Below, piece by piece: positions 1-52,129 of a stretch of 64,000 nt of DNA (position 1 is the stretch's first letter; each line of letters begins with the position of its first letter). The stretch is taken from NCBI RefSeq assembly GCF_036365525.1, contig NC_090378.1, positions 93,671,605 through 93,735,604 of the forward strand, in the 5' to 3' direction. A program made the translations under genes and the position numbers. Source of the stretch: Heterodontus francisci (lineage: Eukaryota). The notes under the pieces were generated by a model that did no database searches, was not told the DNA's origin, and worked only from the letters and a program-made list of their open reading frames with translations.

Positions 1-1509
1 CCAAAATAGTCATCTAAACATAAGAAAAATAACAATTTTAGTTTGCAGATGATCAAATTATGGGTCATGGTTATGTCAATATTATTCCTAACTGATTATA
101 TGGCTTTCAGTTACTAGGAGGGTTTATATCAATGGGGTTGGAGCGGCATTGATGGCATTTCCATATCAGTGACCCATAGTCTGGAGATCCAATAATACTG
201 GAGATCGAGTTTGCCCTGAGTCTTGATGCTGACGTCAGGTCTCCATTTACAATTAAATACACATTTATATTTGGACAGTTGTGAAGGAGGGGGAATCAGA
301 GGTCGTGTGTGTGTGTGTGGAAGGGGGTGGGGTGCGGTTGCTGACAGGGTCAGGTAAACATGGCACAGTAGAGAAGGGCACTCTGAGGCCTTGGTTGCCG
401 CTGTGCAGGGCTCAGAGCCTGCCATTCAACATAATGTGAAAATGTATTATTAATAATATCCTGGTCTTTATATACAGCGCCTCACCAGATCAAAACGTCT
501 GGAACTTTCTAGAAACAGGCCTTGGGGTCGTTAGTGTATAATTCAACCCCCCTCTCCCCCATGCCCTCTTTAGTTTCTATGAATCCAGTGTTGCCTTGGT
601 AACACATGGCCCTAATGATGATGAAACCTCTCCTCTCCCTGCCCAGCATCCGGCAACTGTGAGGCCTGAATTCTGAAATCCAGTGTCTATTGCTGCAGGC
701 TCATTAGCCCCAGAGAAGTGAATGTGGTACTGGACCCCTCCCCACTCTTGTGGGGCCATGATCATATCCAAATAACAGGCAGGATTTTATAAACATTTTC
801 AGATGCTTTTTGTAAAGAGCTCTGAACTGTTAGAGATTAAATAAGCTACTAATAATGTTTAGAAACCAACTGTTAATCCAAATTGTTTTATGTTTGAAAA
901 AAAAGCAACTCATGATTTTTATATCAAATCTCTTGATTTTTAAGAGTTTGTTTCTTGATTTATAAGATTGGGGAGATGGCGGGGAGTGGGGGTGTGGGTT
1001 AGGTGTTGGCAAGTCTGCTGTTGCATTTTGAGACTTTGTCAGTTCTGTTCTGCACCTTGATTTCCACTCTTCCCTGGGATGTGAGAAAAAAGGCGAGCCC
1101 AACCATCTAAATTCAAGACTGGGTTTAAAAGAACTCTCCTCTGTACTTGACTGATGGTACAGTCCTTTCGTGCTTTCCTTCTTTGTCTCAACCTTTTCGC
1201 TGCTGTAAACTGGGAACATATCACAAGATAAGCAAGCAAAATTCACTTTTGTCATGCATGGCTTGCCATTGTTAAATATAGCTATTTAGACCACATCCCC
1301 GTGTATTGCAGCTAAGCAGTGACCTTGAAGTGACACGCCAGATTAAATAAAACTAAACATTACCACTGTACTCCAGATCACCCATGAACAAGGCCGCAGG
1401 AAATCAGTCTCAGTGATTTATAAATCATGTGTTGCTTTTGAATATATATATATAGGATTATGCAACTCTCTTTCAATTTTAAATAGTAAATACATAATAG
1501 TCAACATTT

Positions 1510-2107
1510 TTTCTTTTATTCATTCATGAGATGTGGGCGTCGCTGGCCAGTCCAGCATTTATTGCCCATCCCTAATTGCCCTTGAGAAGATGGTGGTGAG
1601 CTGCCTTCTTGAACTGCTGCAGACCATGTGGTTTAGGTACACCCACAGTGCTGTTAGGAAGGGAGTTTGACCCAGCGACAGTGAAGGAACGGCGATATAG
1701 TTCCAAGTCAGGATGGTGTGTGGCTTGGAGGGGAACTTGGTGTTCCCATGCATCTGCTGCCCTTGTCCTTCTAGGTGGTAAAGGTCGCAGGTTAGGATGG
1801 TGCTGTCTAAGGAGCCTTGTTGCATTGCTGCAGTGCATCTTATAGATGATACACACTGCTGCGTCAGTGATGGAGGGCGTGAATGTTTGTGGATGGGGTG
1901 CCAATCAAGCGGGCTGCTTTGTCCTGGATGGTGTCGAGCTTCTTGAGTGTTATTGGAGCTGCACCCATCCAGGCAAGTGGAGAGTATTCTATCACACTCC
2001 TGATTTGTGCCTTGTAGATGGTGGACAGGCTTTGGGGGGTCAGGAGGTGTGATCCTCGCCACAGGATTCCTAGCCTCTGACCTGTTCTTGCAGCCACGGT
2101 ATTTATA
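1510..2107 (-). mobile_element. CR1/L2-group LINE (family B), 3' part
   Basis: RT C-terminal peptide GILWR..HLLTPQSLSTIYKAQIRSVIEY; continues at 7113-8050. Confidence 0.85.
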
Positions 2108-3173
2108 TAGAAACATAGAAAATAGGAGCAGGCGTAGGCCATTCGGCCCTTCGAACCTGCTCCACCATTCATTCTGATCATGGCTGATCATCCAACTCAG
2201 TAACCTATTCCCGCTTTCCCCCCATATCCTTTGATCCCTTTAAACCCAAGAGCTATATCTAACTCCTTCTTGAAAACACACAATGTTTTGGCCTCAACTG
2301 CTTTCTGTGGTAGTGAATTCCACAAGTTCACCACTCTCTGGTGAAGAAATTTCCCCTCATCTCAGTCCTGAAAGGTTTACCCCGTATCCTTAGACCATGA
2401 CCCCTGGTTCTGGACTCCCCCACCATCGGGAACATCCTTCCTGCATCTACCCTGTCAAGTCCTGTTAGAATTTTATAGGTTTCTATGAGATCCCCCCTCA
2501 CTCTGAACTCCAGCGAATATAATCCTAACCGACTCAATCTCTGCTCATACGTCAGTCCCACTATCCCAGGAATCAGTCTGGTAAACCTTTGCTGCACTCC
2601 CTCCATAGCAAGAACATCCTTCCTCAGAGAAGGAGACCAAAACTGCACACAATATTCCAGGTGTGGCGTCACCAAGGCCCTGTATAATTGCAGCAAGACA
2701 TCCCTGCTCCTGTATTTGAATCCTCTCACTATGAAAGCCTGCATACCATTTGTCTTTTTTACCACCTGTTGCACCTGCACGCTTACCTTCAGTGACTGGT
2801 GTACGAGAACACCCAGGTCTCATTGCATGTTCCCCTCTCTCAGTTTATAGCCATTCAGATAATAATCTGCCTTCCTGTTTTTGCTACCAAAGTGGATAAC
2901 CTCACATTTATCCACATTGTACTGCATCTGCCATGCATTTGCCCACTCACTCAACTTGTCCAAGTCATCCTGAAGCCTCTCTGCATCCTCCTCACAACTC
3001 ACCCTCCCATCCAGTTTTGTGTCATCTGCAAATTTGGAGATATTACATTTAGTTCCCTCATCTAAATTATTAATATATATTGTGAATAGCTGGGGTCCTA
3101 GCACAGATCCCTGCGGTATCCCACAAGTCACTGCCTGCCATTTGGAAAAAGAGCCATTTATCCCTACTCTTTG

Positions 3174-3884
3174 CGGAACATCTCCGCTCAGTCCGCAAGC
3201 AGGACCCTGAGCTTCCGGTTGCTTGCCATTTCAACACTCCCCCCTGCTCTCATGCTCACATCTCTGTCCTGGGATTGCTGCAGTGTTCCAGTGAACATCA
3301 ACGCAAGCTCGAGGAACAGCATCTCATCTACCGATTAGGCACACTACAGCCTGCTGGACTGAACATTGAGTTCAATAATTTCAGAGCATGACAGCCCCCC
3401 ATTTTACTTTCATTTTTAGTTATTTTTTCTTCCTTTTTTTTTTACATTCTTTTTTACATTTTTTACAATCTTTTTTTTTTGCATTTATTTCATTTCATCT
3501 TAGTTTGTTCAGTTTGCTTACCCACTGTTTTTTTTCAGGTTTGCCCTTGCTGCTGTTCAATATTCAGTGTATTAACACCTAATCTGTACTAATGCTTTGT
3601 CTTTCAACACACCATTAACATATTGTTTGCCTTTGCTCCGTGACCTTTTGGTCAGCTATGTGGCCTGGTCCAATCTCGACCTCCTTTGTTATCTCTTGCC
3701 CCACCCCCACCTCACCTACTTATAACCTGTGACTTTTCTAATATTTGTCAGTTCCGAAGAAGGGTCACTGACCCGAAACGTTAACTCTGCTTCTCTTTTC
3801 ACAGATGCTGCCAGACCTGCTGAGTGGTTCCAGCATTTCTTGTTTTTATTTCAGATTTCCAGCATCCGCAGTATTTTGCTTTTA
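3174..3884 (+). mobile_element. Penelope-like element 3' fragment (GIY-YIG C-terminus + pLTR) nested in CR1
   Basis: VACHFN...RKLEEQHLIYRLGTLQPAGLN; 15-bp TSD tatccctactctttg at 3159-3173 and 3885-3899. Confidence 0.9.
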
Positions 3885-5426
3885 TATCCCTACTCTTTGT
3901 TTCCTGTCTGCCAACCAATTTTCTCTCCATCTCAATACACTACCCCCAATCCCATGCGCTTTAATTTTACACGCTAATCTCTTATGTGGGACTTTGTCGA
4001 ATGCCTTCTAAAAGTCCAAATAAACCACATCCACCGGCTCCCCCTCACCAACTCTACTAGTTACATCCTCGAAGAATTCTAGTAGATTTGTCAAGCATGA
4101 TTTCCCTTTCGTAAATCCATGCTGACTCTGTCCGATTCTATCATTGTTCTCCAAGTGCTCTGCTATAAAATCTTTGATAATGGACTCTAGAATTTTCCCC
4201 ACTACCGACGTCAGGCTGACTGGTCTATAATTCCCTGCTTTCTACCTACCTCCCTTTTTAAATAGTGGTGTTACATTAGCTACCCTCCACTCTGTAGCAA
4301 TTGTTCCAGAGTCTATAGAATCTTGGAAGATGACCACCAATACATCCACTATTTCTAGGGCCACTTCTTTAAGTACTCTGGGATGCAGACCATCAGGCCC
4401 TGGGGATTTATCGGCCTTCACTCCCATCAATTTCCCCAACACCATTTCTCTACTCATACTGATTTCCTTCAGTTCCTCTCTCTCACTAAACCCTGTGTTC
4501 CCCTTGCATTTCTGGTATGATATTTGTGTCCTCCTTTGTGAAGACAGAACCAAAGTATGCATTTAGTTGGTCAGCCATTTCTTTGTTCCCCATAATAAGC
4601 CATGGTTTGGCTACCTTTCCCATTTTACTTTTGCGCCAGACAGGAATAAACAATTGTTGCACTTCATCCATACGCTCTTTGAATGTTTGCCATTACCTTT
4701 CCACCATTATCCCTTTAAGTAATGTTTCCCTATCCATCATAGCCAACTCGCGCCTCAGACCGTAGTTTCCTTTACTAAGATTCAGGACCCTAGTTTCAGA
4801 ATCAACTACGTCACTCTCCATCCTGATGAAGAATTCTATCATATTATGGTCGCTCATCCCCAAAAGGTCACGCACCACTAGATTGTCATTTATTTATCTC
4901 TTATTACACAATACCCAAACAAGGATGGCCTGTTCTCTAGTTGGTTCCTCAACGTTTTGGTCCAGAAAACCATCCTGTATACACTCCAAGAATGCCTCCT
5001 CTGCGGTATTGTGACTAATTTGTTTTGCCCAATCTATATGCAGATTAAAATCACCCATAATTACAGATGTTCCTTTATCGCATGTGTCTCTAATTTCCTG
5101 TTTAATGCCATTTCCAACATCACCACTACAGTTTGGAGGTCTATATACAATCCCCACTAGCGTTTTTTTGCCCCTTAGTGTTTCTCAGCTCTACCCATAC
5201 AGATTCCACATCATCAGACCTAATATCTTTCCTCACTATTGCATTAATTTCCTCTTTAACCAGCAATGCAACTCCACCACCTTTTGTTTTTTTTCTATCC
5301 TTCCTAAATACTGAATACCCCTGGATGTTCATTTCCCATCCCTGGTCACCTTGCAGCCATGTCTCCGTAATCCTGACTATATCATTCCCGTTTACATCTA
5401 TTTGCGCGATTAATTACATCTATTTG

Positions 5427-5780
5427 CGGCACAGTGGTGCAGTGGTTAGCACCGCAGCCTCACAGCTCCAGCGACCTGGGTTCAATTCTGGGTACTGCCT
5501 GTGCGGAGTTTGCAAGTTCTCCCTGTGACCGCGTGGGTTTTCGCCAGGTGCTCCGGTTTCCTCCCACAGCCAAAGACTTGCAGGTTGATAGGTAAATTGG
5601 CCATTGTAAATTGCCCCTAGTATAGGTAGGTGGTAGGGGAATATAGGGACAGGTGGGGATGTGGTAGGAATATGGGATTAGTGTCGGATTAGTATAAATG
5701 GGTGGTTGATAGTCGGCACAGACTCGATGGGCCGAAGGGCCTGTTTCAGTGCTGTATCTCTAAATAAAAATAAAATAAAT
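5427..5780 (+). mobile_element. tRNA-derived V-SINE (HE1-like) nested in CR1
   Basis: A box tggtgcagtggttag, B box ggttcaattc, V-domain core, CR1-like tail, taaa repeats. Confidence 0.9.
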
Positions 5781-7112
5781 AATTCATCCACTTTATTGCG
5801 AATGCTCCGCACATTAGGGCACCAAGCCTTAAGGCTTGTCCTTTTAACATTATTTGGCCCCTTCCCACTATTTTCCACTGTGGCCCTGTTTGATTCTGGC
5901 TCTTGATTTCTCTGCCTATCACTTTTCTTATTCCCCTTACTATCTTTTGTTTTTGTCTTTGATCCCCCCTCCTCTGACACCTTGCAAAGGTTCCCATCCC
6001 CCTGCCATTTTAGTTTAAACCCTCCCCAACCACTCTGGCAAATACTCCCCCTAGGACATCAGTCCCGGTCCTGCCCAGGTGTAACCCGTCCAGTTAGTAC
6101 TGGTCCCACCTCCCCCAGAACCGGTCCCAATGTCCCAGGAATCTAAAACCCTCCCCCTCACACCATCTCTTCAGCCACGTAATCATCCGACATATCCTGT
6201 TATTTCTACTCTGACTAGCACGTGGCACTGGTAGTAATCCTGAGATCACTACCTTTGAGGTCCTACTTTTCAACTTACTTCCTAACTCCCTATATTCTGC
6301 TTTTAGGACCTCATCCTTTTTTTTTACCTACGTTGTTTGTACCAATGTGTACCACGACCACTGGCTGTTCACCTCCCCCTTCAGAATGTCCTGTAACCGC
6401 TCTGAGACATCCTTGACCCTAGCACCAGGGAGGCAACATACCATCCTGGAGTCTCTTTTGCGGCCGCAGAAATGCCTATCTATTCCCTTTACAATTGAAT
6501 CCCCTATAAATATTGCATTTGCACACTTTTTACTCCTCCCCTGTGCAGCAGAGCCAACCGTGGTGCAACGAATTGGGCTGTTGCTGCTTTCCCCTGAGAG
6601 GCCATTTCCCCCAACAGTATCCAAAGCAATATATCTGTTTTACAGGGGAATAGCCACAGGAGATTCCTGCACTGCCTACCTAGTCCTATTGCTCTGCCTG
6701 GTGGTCACCCATTCCCTTTCTGCCTGTGGAGTCTGAGCCTGCGGTGTGACCACCTCTCTATATATTTTTTTTTCTATATGTACTATCCATGATACTCTCT
6801 GCCTCGTGGATGCTCCACAGTGGCCCCAGCTGCCGCTTCAGCTCCGAACCTGGGCTTCCAGGAACTGCAGCTGGAGATACTTCCTGCACACATGCTGGTC
6901 CCGGGCACTGGAATAGTTTCCGGCTTCCCACATAGAGCACGAGGAGCACACCATGGCTTTGAGCTTTCCTGCCATGACTTAATCCTTTAAATTAAACCTT
7001 CGGAAGATCTTAATATCCCAAATAATATCAATTACTCTCGGGCCCTTCTTCCCTAGTCCTCGTTACCACAGAACTCCCTAAAAAACACTACTTACTATAT
7101 ATGAAAAAAAAC

Positions 7113-8050
7113 TGGCTGCTCCAGTTCAGTTTCTGGTCAGTGGTAACCCCCAGGATGTTGACAGTGGGAGATTCAGCAATCCTAATGCTGCTGAATGTCA
7201 AGGGTAGATGGTTAGATTTTCTCTTGTTTGAGATAGTCATTGCCTGGCACTTGTGTGGCACAAATGTTTCTTGCCACTTATCAGCCCAAGCCTGACTGTT
7301 GTCCAGGTGCTGCTGCATTTCTACATGGACTGCTTCAGTATCTGAGGAGTGGTGAATTGTGCTGAACATTGTACAATCATCAGCGAACATCCCTACTTCT
7401 GACCTTATGATGGAGGGAAGGTCATTGATGAAGCAGCTGAAGATGGTTGGGCCTAGGACACTACCCTGAGGAACTCCTGCAGTGATGTCCTGGAGCTCAG
7501 ATCATTGAGCTCTGACAACCACAACCATCTTCCTTTGCGCTAGGTATGCCTCCAACCAGTGGAAATTTTTTTTCCTGATTCCCATTGACTCCAGCTTTAC
7601 TAGGGCTCCTTGATGCCATACTGGGTCAAATGCTGCCTTGATGTCAAAGGCAGTCACTCTCACCTCACCTCTTGAGTTCTGGCGGAACCCAAACTGAGTA
7701 TCACTGAACAGGTTGTTGCTAAGCAATTGCCGCTTGATAGCATGTCGATGACACCTTCCATCACTTTACTGATCATCAAGAGTAGACTTGAGTTCCGAAG
7801 AAGGGTCACTGACCCAAAACGTTAACTCTGCTTCTCTTTCCACAGATGCTGCCAGACCTGCTGAGTGATTCCAGCATTTCTTGTTTTTGATCAAGAGTAG
7901 ACTGATGGGGCAGTAATTGGCCATGTTGGATGTGTCCTGCTTTTTGTGTACATGACATACTTGGGCAATTTTTCATGTTGCTGGGTAGATGCCAGTGTTG
8001 TAGCTGTACTGGAACAGCTTTGCTAGGGGTGCGGCAAGTTCTGGAGCACT
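7113..8050 (-). mobile_element. LINE family B RT region (continuation of 1510-2107)
   Basis: MFADDCT, FDIKAAFD, QFGFRQ motifs. Confidence 0.85.
7789..7889 (+). mobile_element. Solitary Penelope pLTR end
   Basis: Same sequence as 3750-3850; 14-bp TSD atcaagagtagact (7775-7788, 7890-7903). Confidence 0.85.
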
Positions 8051-8139
8051 TTTAGCATATTGCTACAGAAACTTTGCCATTAAATGTTCTATACATGGGT
8101 TAAATTTCACTTATTATAACATGAAGAGGCCAACATTTT

Positions 8140-8550
8140 AATGACCGGGAAATGCCTATAGCTTTCCCAAGCTGTTCTGTTGCTGCACGGGCGCGCGCGT
8201 TCCAAGTTTCCCTGTGACTTTCCCCGGGCACTGGTCTCGTGCTCAGAACTGTCAATCATCCCCGGGCCGGAGCTGTCAATCATCCCCGGGGCGGAACTGG
8301 CAATCGCAAGCCCGGTCTCTGCTGCTGACCAGAGGAAAAGGCAAAGCGGGCCTTTTAAGGGGCCGCCACCGTCTTGCTCTAAAAATACCACGAACGATTC
8401 GAAGTTGTAGTTACTTCAACTGTTTTGCTTCCGGTATTATTATCCTCTGCACAGCTGGGCTGTAAATAAATAATTTTAGCGGCGCTGGACCACAGTCAGC
8501 ATCAGCATCAGCTGGTAAAGCCCTGCACCCTTTGTGCGGCCCTGTAAGTG
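8140..8550 (+). promoter_or_regulatory. CpG-rich promoter and probable non-coding first exon of the kinase gene
   Basis: Dense CpG patch in apparently non-repeat DNA; two CTGTCAATCA (PBX/PREP-MEIS decamer TGATTGACAG) at 8249-8258 and 8273-8282; GC box 8288-8294; ETS CTTCCGG ~8428; kB-like sites; donor gtaagt at 8544; no ATG in 8341-8543. Confidence 0.65.
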
Positions 8551-8918
8551 ATGGGGCGGATGTAGCAGCAACAGGAAGCTCTTTGTGTTGTTCGAAGGTG
8601 GAGCCACACTACTCTTCAGAATAATCAGACCTTCCAACACAGGCTCATTTCTCAGATTCACCGAAATTTTACAAGTAAAAACATGTTGGGAAACACTCAG
8701 CAAGTCAGGCAGCATCTGTGAAGAGAGAAACAGAGTTAATGTTTCCGATCAAAGGCCTAAAACTATCAGCATTTTCAGATTTCCAGCATCTGCAGTACTT
8801 TGCTTTTGAGCATATTGCTTAGTATACTGGCCTGAACAAAACAAACAAAGAGATTGAGAACGACCAGAGCTTCTGAAGACAACGAACAGCATCTTCAGCA
8901 TTTGTCTGAATCTTTGAG

Positions 8919-9660
8919 CTGGATTTTGCGGTCAGCAGCGAAACGACGCTATTCACAACTGATCTCGAAGAAAGCTGTCCACAAAGATCCAGCGAGCTCT
9001 GTGGCGTGGATTTCCACTTTCCCAGTATCAGTTTAAATCTGGCGCCAAGTCAAGGGGATCTCCAGGCATCCAGCTGTCATCAAGCAGGGTAAGTATCCAA
9101 TCACATTGAAGAATTCTCGCAGACAGCAAACCAGGAAGTAAAATGCACTGATTATCCTTCACTTTTTGATTATCATTTCACAGAGAGTAAAATAAATGAC
9201 TGGGACATACACATGTGATTAAGATAGAAGATGAAATATCGTAAACTATAAGAAAAAAATTTAAAATCCGTGGAATATTTTTTATCAAAATGGAGAAATT
9301 TGATATTCCACAAATATAAAATTAGTTTCTCGGGGCAAGAATGTTTTGTTTTCAGCAGTAATTATGGACTTAGTATGCCATTAAAAACCCAGTTACACCT
9401 CATACAACATTCAAACTTTTTTAAGGGTTTTTACAGTGAAACTAATAGTGCAACAGGGTAAGTTCTCATCAGTTCAGTGTGCTCTACTTGACAATCGTCT
9501 GCAGGGACTTCAACAACACTCCATGTGGAGAAGTGTAAAATCACTGACTGCAGCTGCTGGATTTCTGCATTTAGCAGTGCATGTGCGGACTCCAGAAGTA
9601 GTTGTCAATTTCAGAGGAGTAATGACGGCAAACGCTGACAGTTAATATTGCAAAAACCAG
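8919..9660. mobile_element. Probable non-autonomous DNA transposon
   Basis: Short terminal inverted match ctggattttgc / gcaaaaaccag; no coding capacity. Confidence 0.4.
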
Positions 9661-9743
9661 ACCTTTATCTTTGAAATTTTCCTAATGTTGGAATGTGAGG
9701 TAAAGGAAATAACATGTATTTCACACTTGGTTACCATCTGTAA

Positions 9744-10385
9744 TAGAACATAGAACATTACAGCGCAATACAGGCCCTTCGGCCCTCGATGTTGCGCCGA
9801 CCTGTGAAACCATCTGACCTACACTATTCCATTTTCATCCATATGTCTATCCAATGACAACTTAAATGCCCTTAAAGTTGGCGAGTCTACTACTGTTGCA
9901 GGCAAGGCGTTCCACGCCCCTACTACTCTCTGAGTAAAGAAACTACCTCTGACATCTGTCCTATATCTATCACCCCTCAACTTAAAGCTATGTCCCCTCG
10001 TGTTTGCCATCACCATCCGAGGAAAAAGACTCTCACTATCCACCCTATCTAACCCTCTGATTATCTTATATGTCTCTATTAAGTCACCTCTCCTCCTCCT
10101 CTCTAACGAAAACAACCTCAAGTCCCTCAGCCTTTCCTCGTAAGACCTTCCCTCCATATCAGGCAACATCCTAGTAAATCTCCTCTGCACCCTTTCCAAA
10201 GCTTCCACATCCTTCCTATAATGCGGTGACCAGAACTGCACGCAATACTCCAGGTGCGGCCGCACCAGAGTTTTGTACAGCTGCAGCATGACCTTGTGGC
10301 TCCGAAACTCGATCCCCCTACTAATAAAAGCTAACACACCATATGCCTTCTTAACAGCCCTATTAACCTGGGTGACAACTTTCAT
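9744..10385 (-). mobile_element. CR1 LINE 3' fragment
   Basis: LYKTLVRPHLEYCVQFWSP...FFTQRVV..WN.LP; tagaaca tail. Confidence 0.93.
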
Positions 10386-11121
10386 CTGCAATTTACCTGG
10401 GCTAGGAATTCTGGGAAAAACTTCAGTGAAATGGTGACAAGAGTCCTGATGACAGATGGTTCTGGGATTGCAGCCTGCAGATGTGAAATCAATGTCTTTA
10501 TCATTGTACAATCAGATCATAAATTACTTATGATAGCTATGAGAGGGACAGTATATCAGAGGTCATCAGTCTTTTGGAAATCCAAAAAAAAATTTAGTAT
10601 GACTGACAGAGCTTGAATGTTTTTTTGGCCAGTCAGTTGTGTGATGTGTTGGAACCCATCATCTTAGTTTAGCACCTGAAGTGGTGTGGAAATTTCTACC
10701 AGTGCACCAAAGGTACTCTTAAGAGATCGGGCAAAAGGACATTCTTAAGGCAGACAGAAAAACACAAAATGCTGGAAACACTCAGCGGGTCAGGAAGTAT
10801 CTGTAGAGAGAGAAACGGAGTTAACGAATCAGAATGTTAACGACAGGTTAACTCTTAAGGCAGAGTTGAGGCAGCTTCACTTTGTAGCTGGCTACACTGT
10901 GCCTACCCTAAAAGTGCGCAGTACTGATATTGGGTCCTCCACTGTGAAGGCCTCCCATTCCTTTCTTCAATTAGTTATTGTTTTGCTTTCCTGTGTACAA
11001 CAGTGCCCCTTTGTATTACACACCCACAGTAAATATTGTTTCATCACAGGCAGCTGAACCTTATATTTAATTATGAAAACCAAGAGGGAAGGCGAAGGCC
11101 CAAAGTGCAGAACAACACCAA

Positions 11122-11789
11122 GGGTGGAATGTTATGCTGTGGTGGAGGCCCTGCCCACCAGCTTAAAAGTCAGTGATGAGTCCACCTCCCTTGGGCTTGG
11201 AAGCCACGCAGCACCTTTGCATGTCTCCGGCCCTAAATTGGCCTCAGTCGGCACTACCGCCCTCTGAGGCAGCAAGTCCCGCCTCTAAGAGCTGCTGGCC
11301 AATCAGAGGGCTGGCAGCATGTCAGTCCCAGCAGCATCACTGGGAGCGGTGGTCACTGCTGGGACTGCACCCAGCCAGAAGAGCAAGAGGGACTCTGGCC
11401 CCGAAAGAGGTGAATGGGGTTTTGGGCCTCGCCAGGGACAATCGGCAGGGCTCTGGTGAGGGAAGTGGGGGTCCATGAAGAGGGTGGGGGAGGTACTCCA
11501 GCGGGGGTGGCCTGATCCGAGGAACCACCATCCCCCCCACCCAGCCTGCAATGATGCCACCTGGTATTACCGGGCAGCCTCCTCAGCTGACACAGTGCCC
11601 AGCTGCTGCTAGTATACCAGCGGTGGCAGAACGAGGCTCTTAAGTGGCAATTAATTCGCCTCAATTGGCTTGGGGATGGTGAGCGGTATGCGCCCCCCAC
11701 CTCCCACTTGATTTTAAGCACCCAGCTCCCCCCCCCACTCCCCCCCCCAACCTCCAGCCTACTCCTGGGGGGGTGTAAAATTCCGGCCC
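11122..11789 (+). mobile_element. GC-rich MITE (family A)
   Basis: TIR-like ends gggtggaatgttat / gtaaaattccggccc; homologous to 26632, 55511 and 61273. Confidence 0.75.
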
Positions 11790-12422
11790 ACGTTTGGAAA
11801 TGGCAGGAGCAAAGATGAGGTAAATTCAGGTCTAATGTTAGATCATACGAAGTCTAAAGATAAATTTAAGGTTTAGTGCAAGGTGATATCAAAGCTTTAA
11901 AATCTTGTGGATTGTAGGAAGACTGAATGAAGGAGTGACACAATTTTGACCGTTTGGAAAAGGTTGACTTTGAATAAAGGAATGGTGAGCTCAATCTTAA
12001 TTTCATTATAGCGACGAAGCAGAAAGGAGGAAGTGTGTAGGCTGATGTATTTGGAGAAAAGAACGGTTCAGTAAGGCAGTAACGTTGTAGTATTGATGAA
12101 ATGGAGAAAGGACAGAACAATTATGACAGAGGGCACAAAAGGCAGGAAAGGTTGTCAGGAAGGCTGTCAGGATATCTGTCTATTGTTCAGAATGTAGTAA
12201 CCATGAGGAATAATGCAACTGGGTATGCTAACCAAAAGGAAACTGATATTTCTATTACTGAGGGCACGTCTTTGGCAAATCATTTTGAAGAAACCAAAGC
12301 TTGCCATTTCTGACGTGCAACAATGTTGCAGTTATAAAATGCTTAAATGAACATGCTTAATAAACTGTGATTGTTACAGCTTTTATCACTAAGAACTTTA
12401 CATATCTCTTGTAAAGGTTCAC

Positions 12423-51886
<39,464 letters not shown>

Positions 51887-52129
51887 GTATTGCACAGAAA
51901 TCACTTGATATCCTGAACAGAAAGAACTAGCAGTGACAGATAAAGAGATCCATTGCATTTTAAATTATAAGACCATTTCTTATTTTTAATATCTGTTTAT
52001 AAGATGTGGCTGATGGCTTCAAATTTTGTTTGCTGCAACTGGTAGTCACCAGACCATAGTCATAGCCTCTCATACTCCAGAGGCACAGCATTATTCATTG
52101 AAAATGCACTATGATTGCAAATGCAAGCT

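Larger units (their letters stand above)
2108..7100 (-). mobile_element. Near full-length degenerate CR1 LINE (ORF1 with SGNH esterase, ORF2 APE-RT)
   Basis: IGDSIV...VCCLPGARV (ORF1), MGDFN/SDH (APE), PQGSVLGP and KFADD (RT), 3' tagaaaca repeats; frameshifts and stops. Confidence 0.95.

Noticed and set aside
5427-5500. tRNA gene
   Set aside because: The A/B boxes belong to a multi-copy SINE head; there is no complete cloverleaf.
8362-8373. Perfect Kozak context gccgccacc
   Set aside because: It is followed by GTC, not ATG, and no ORF is supported.
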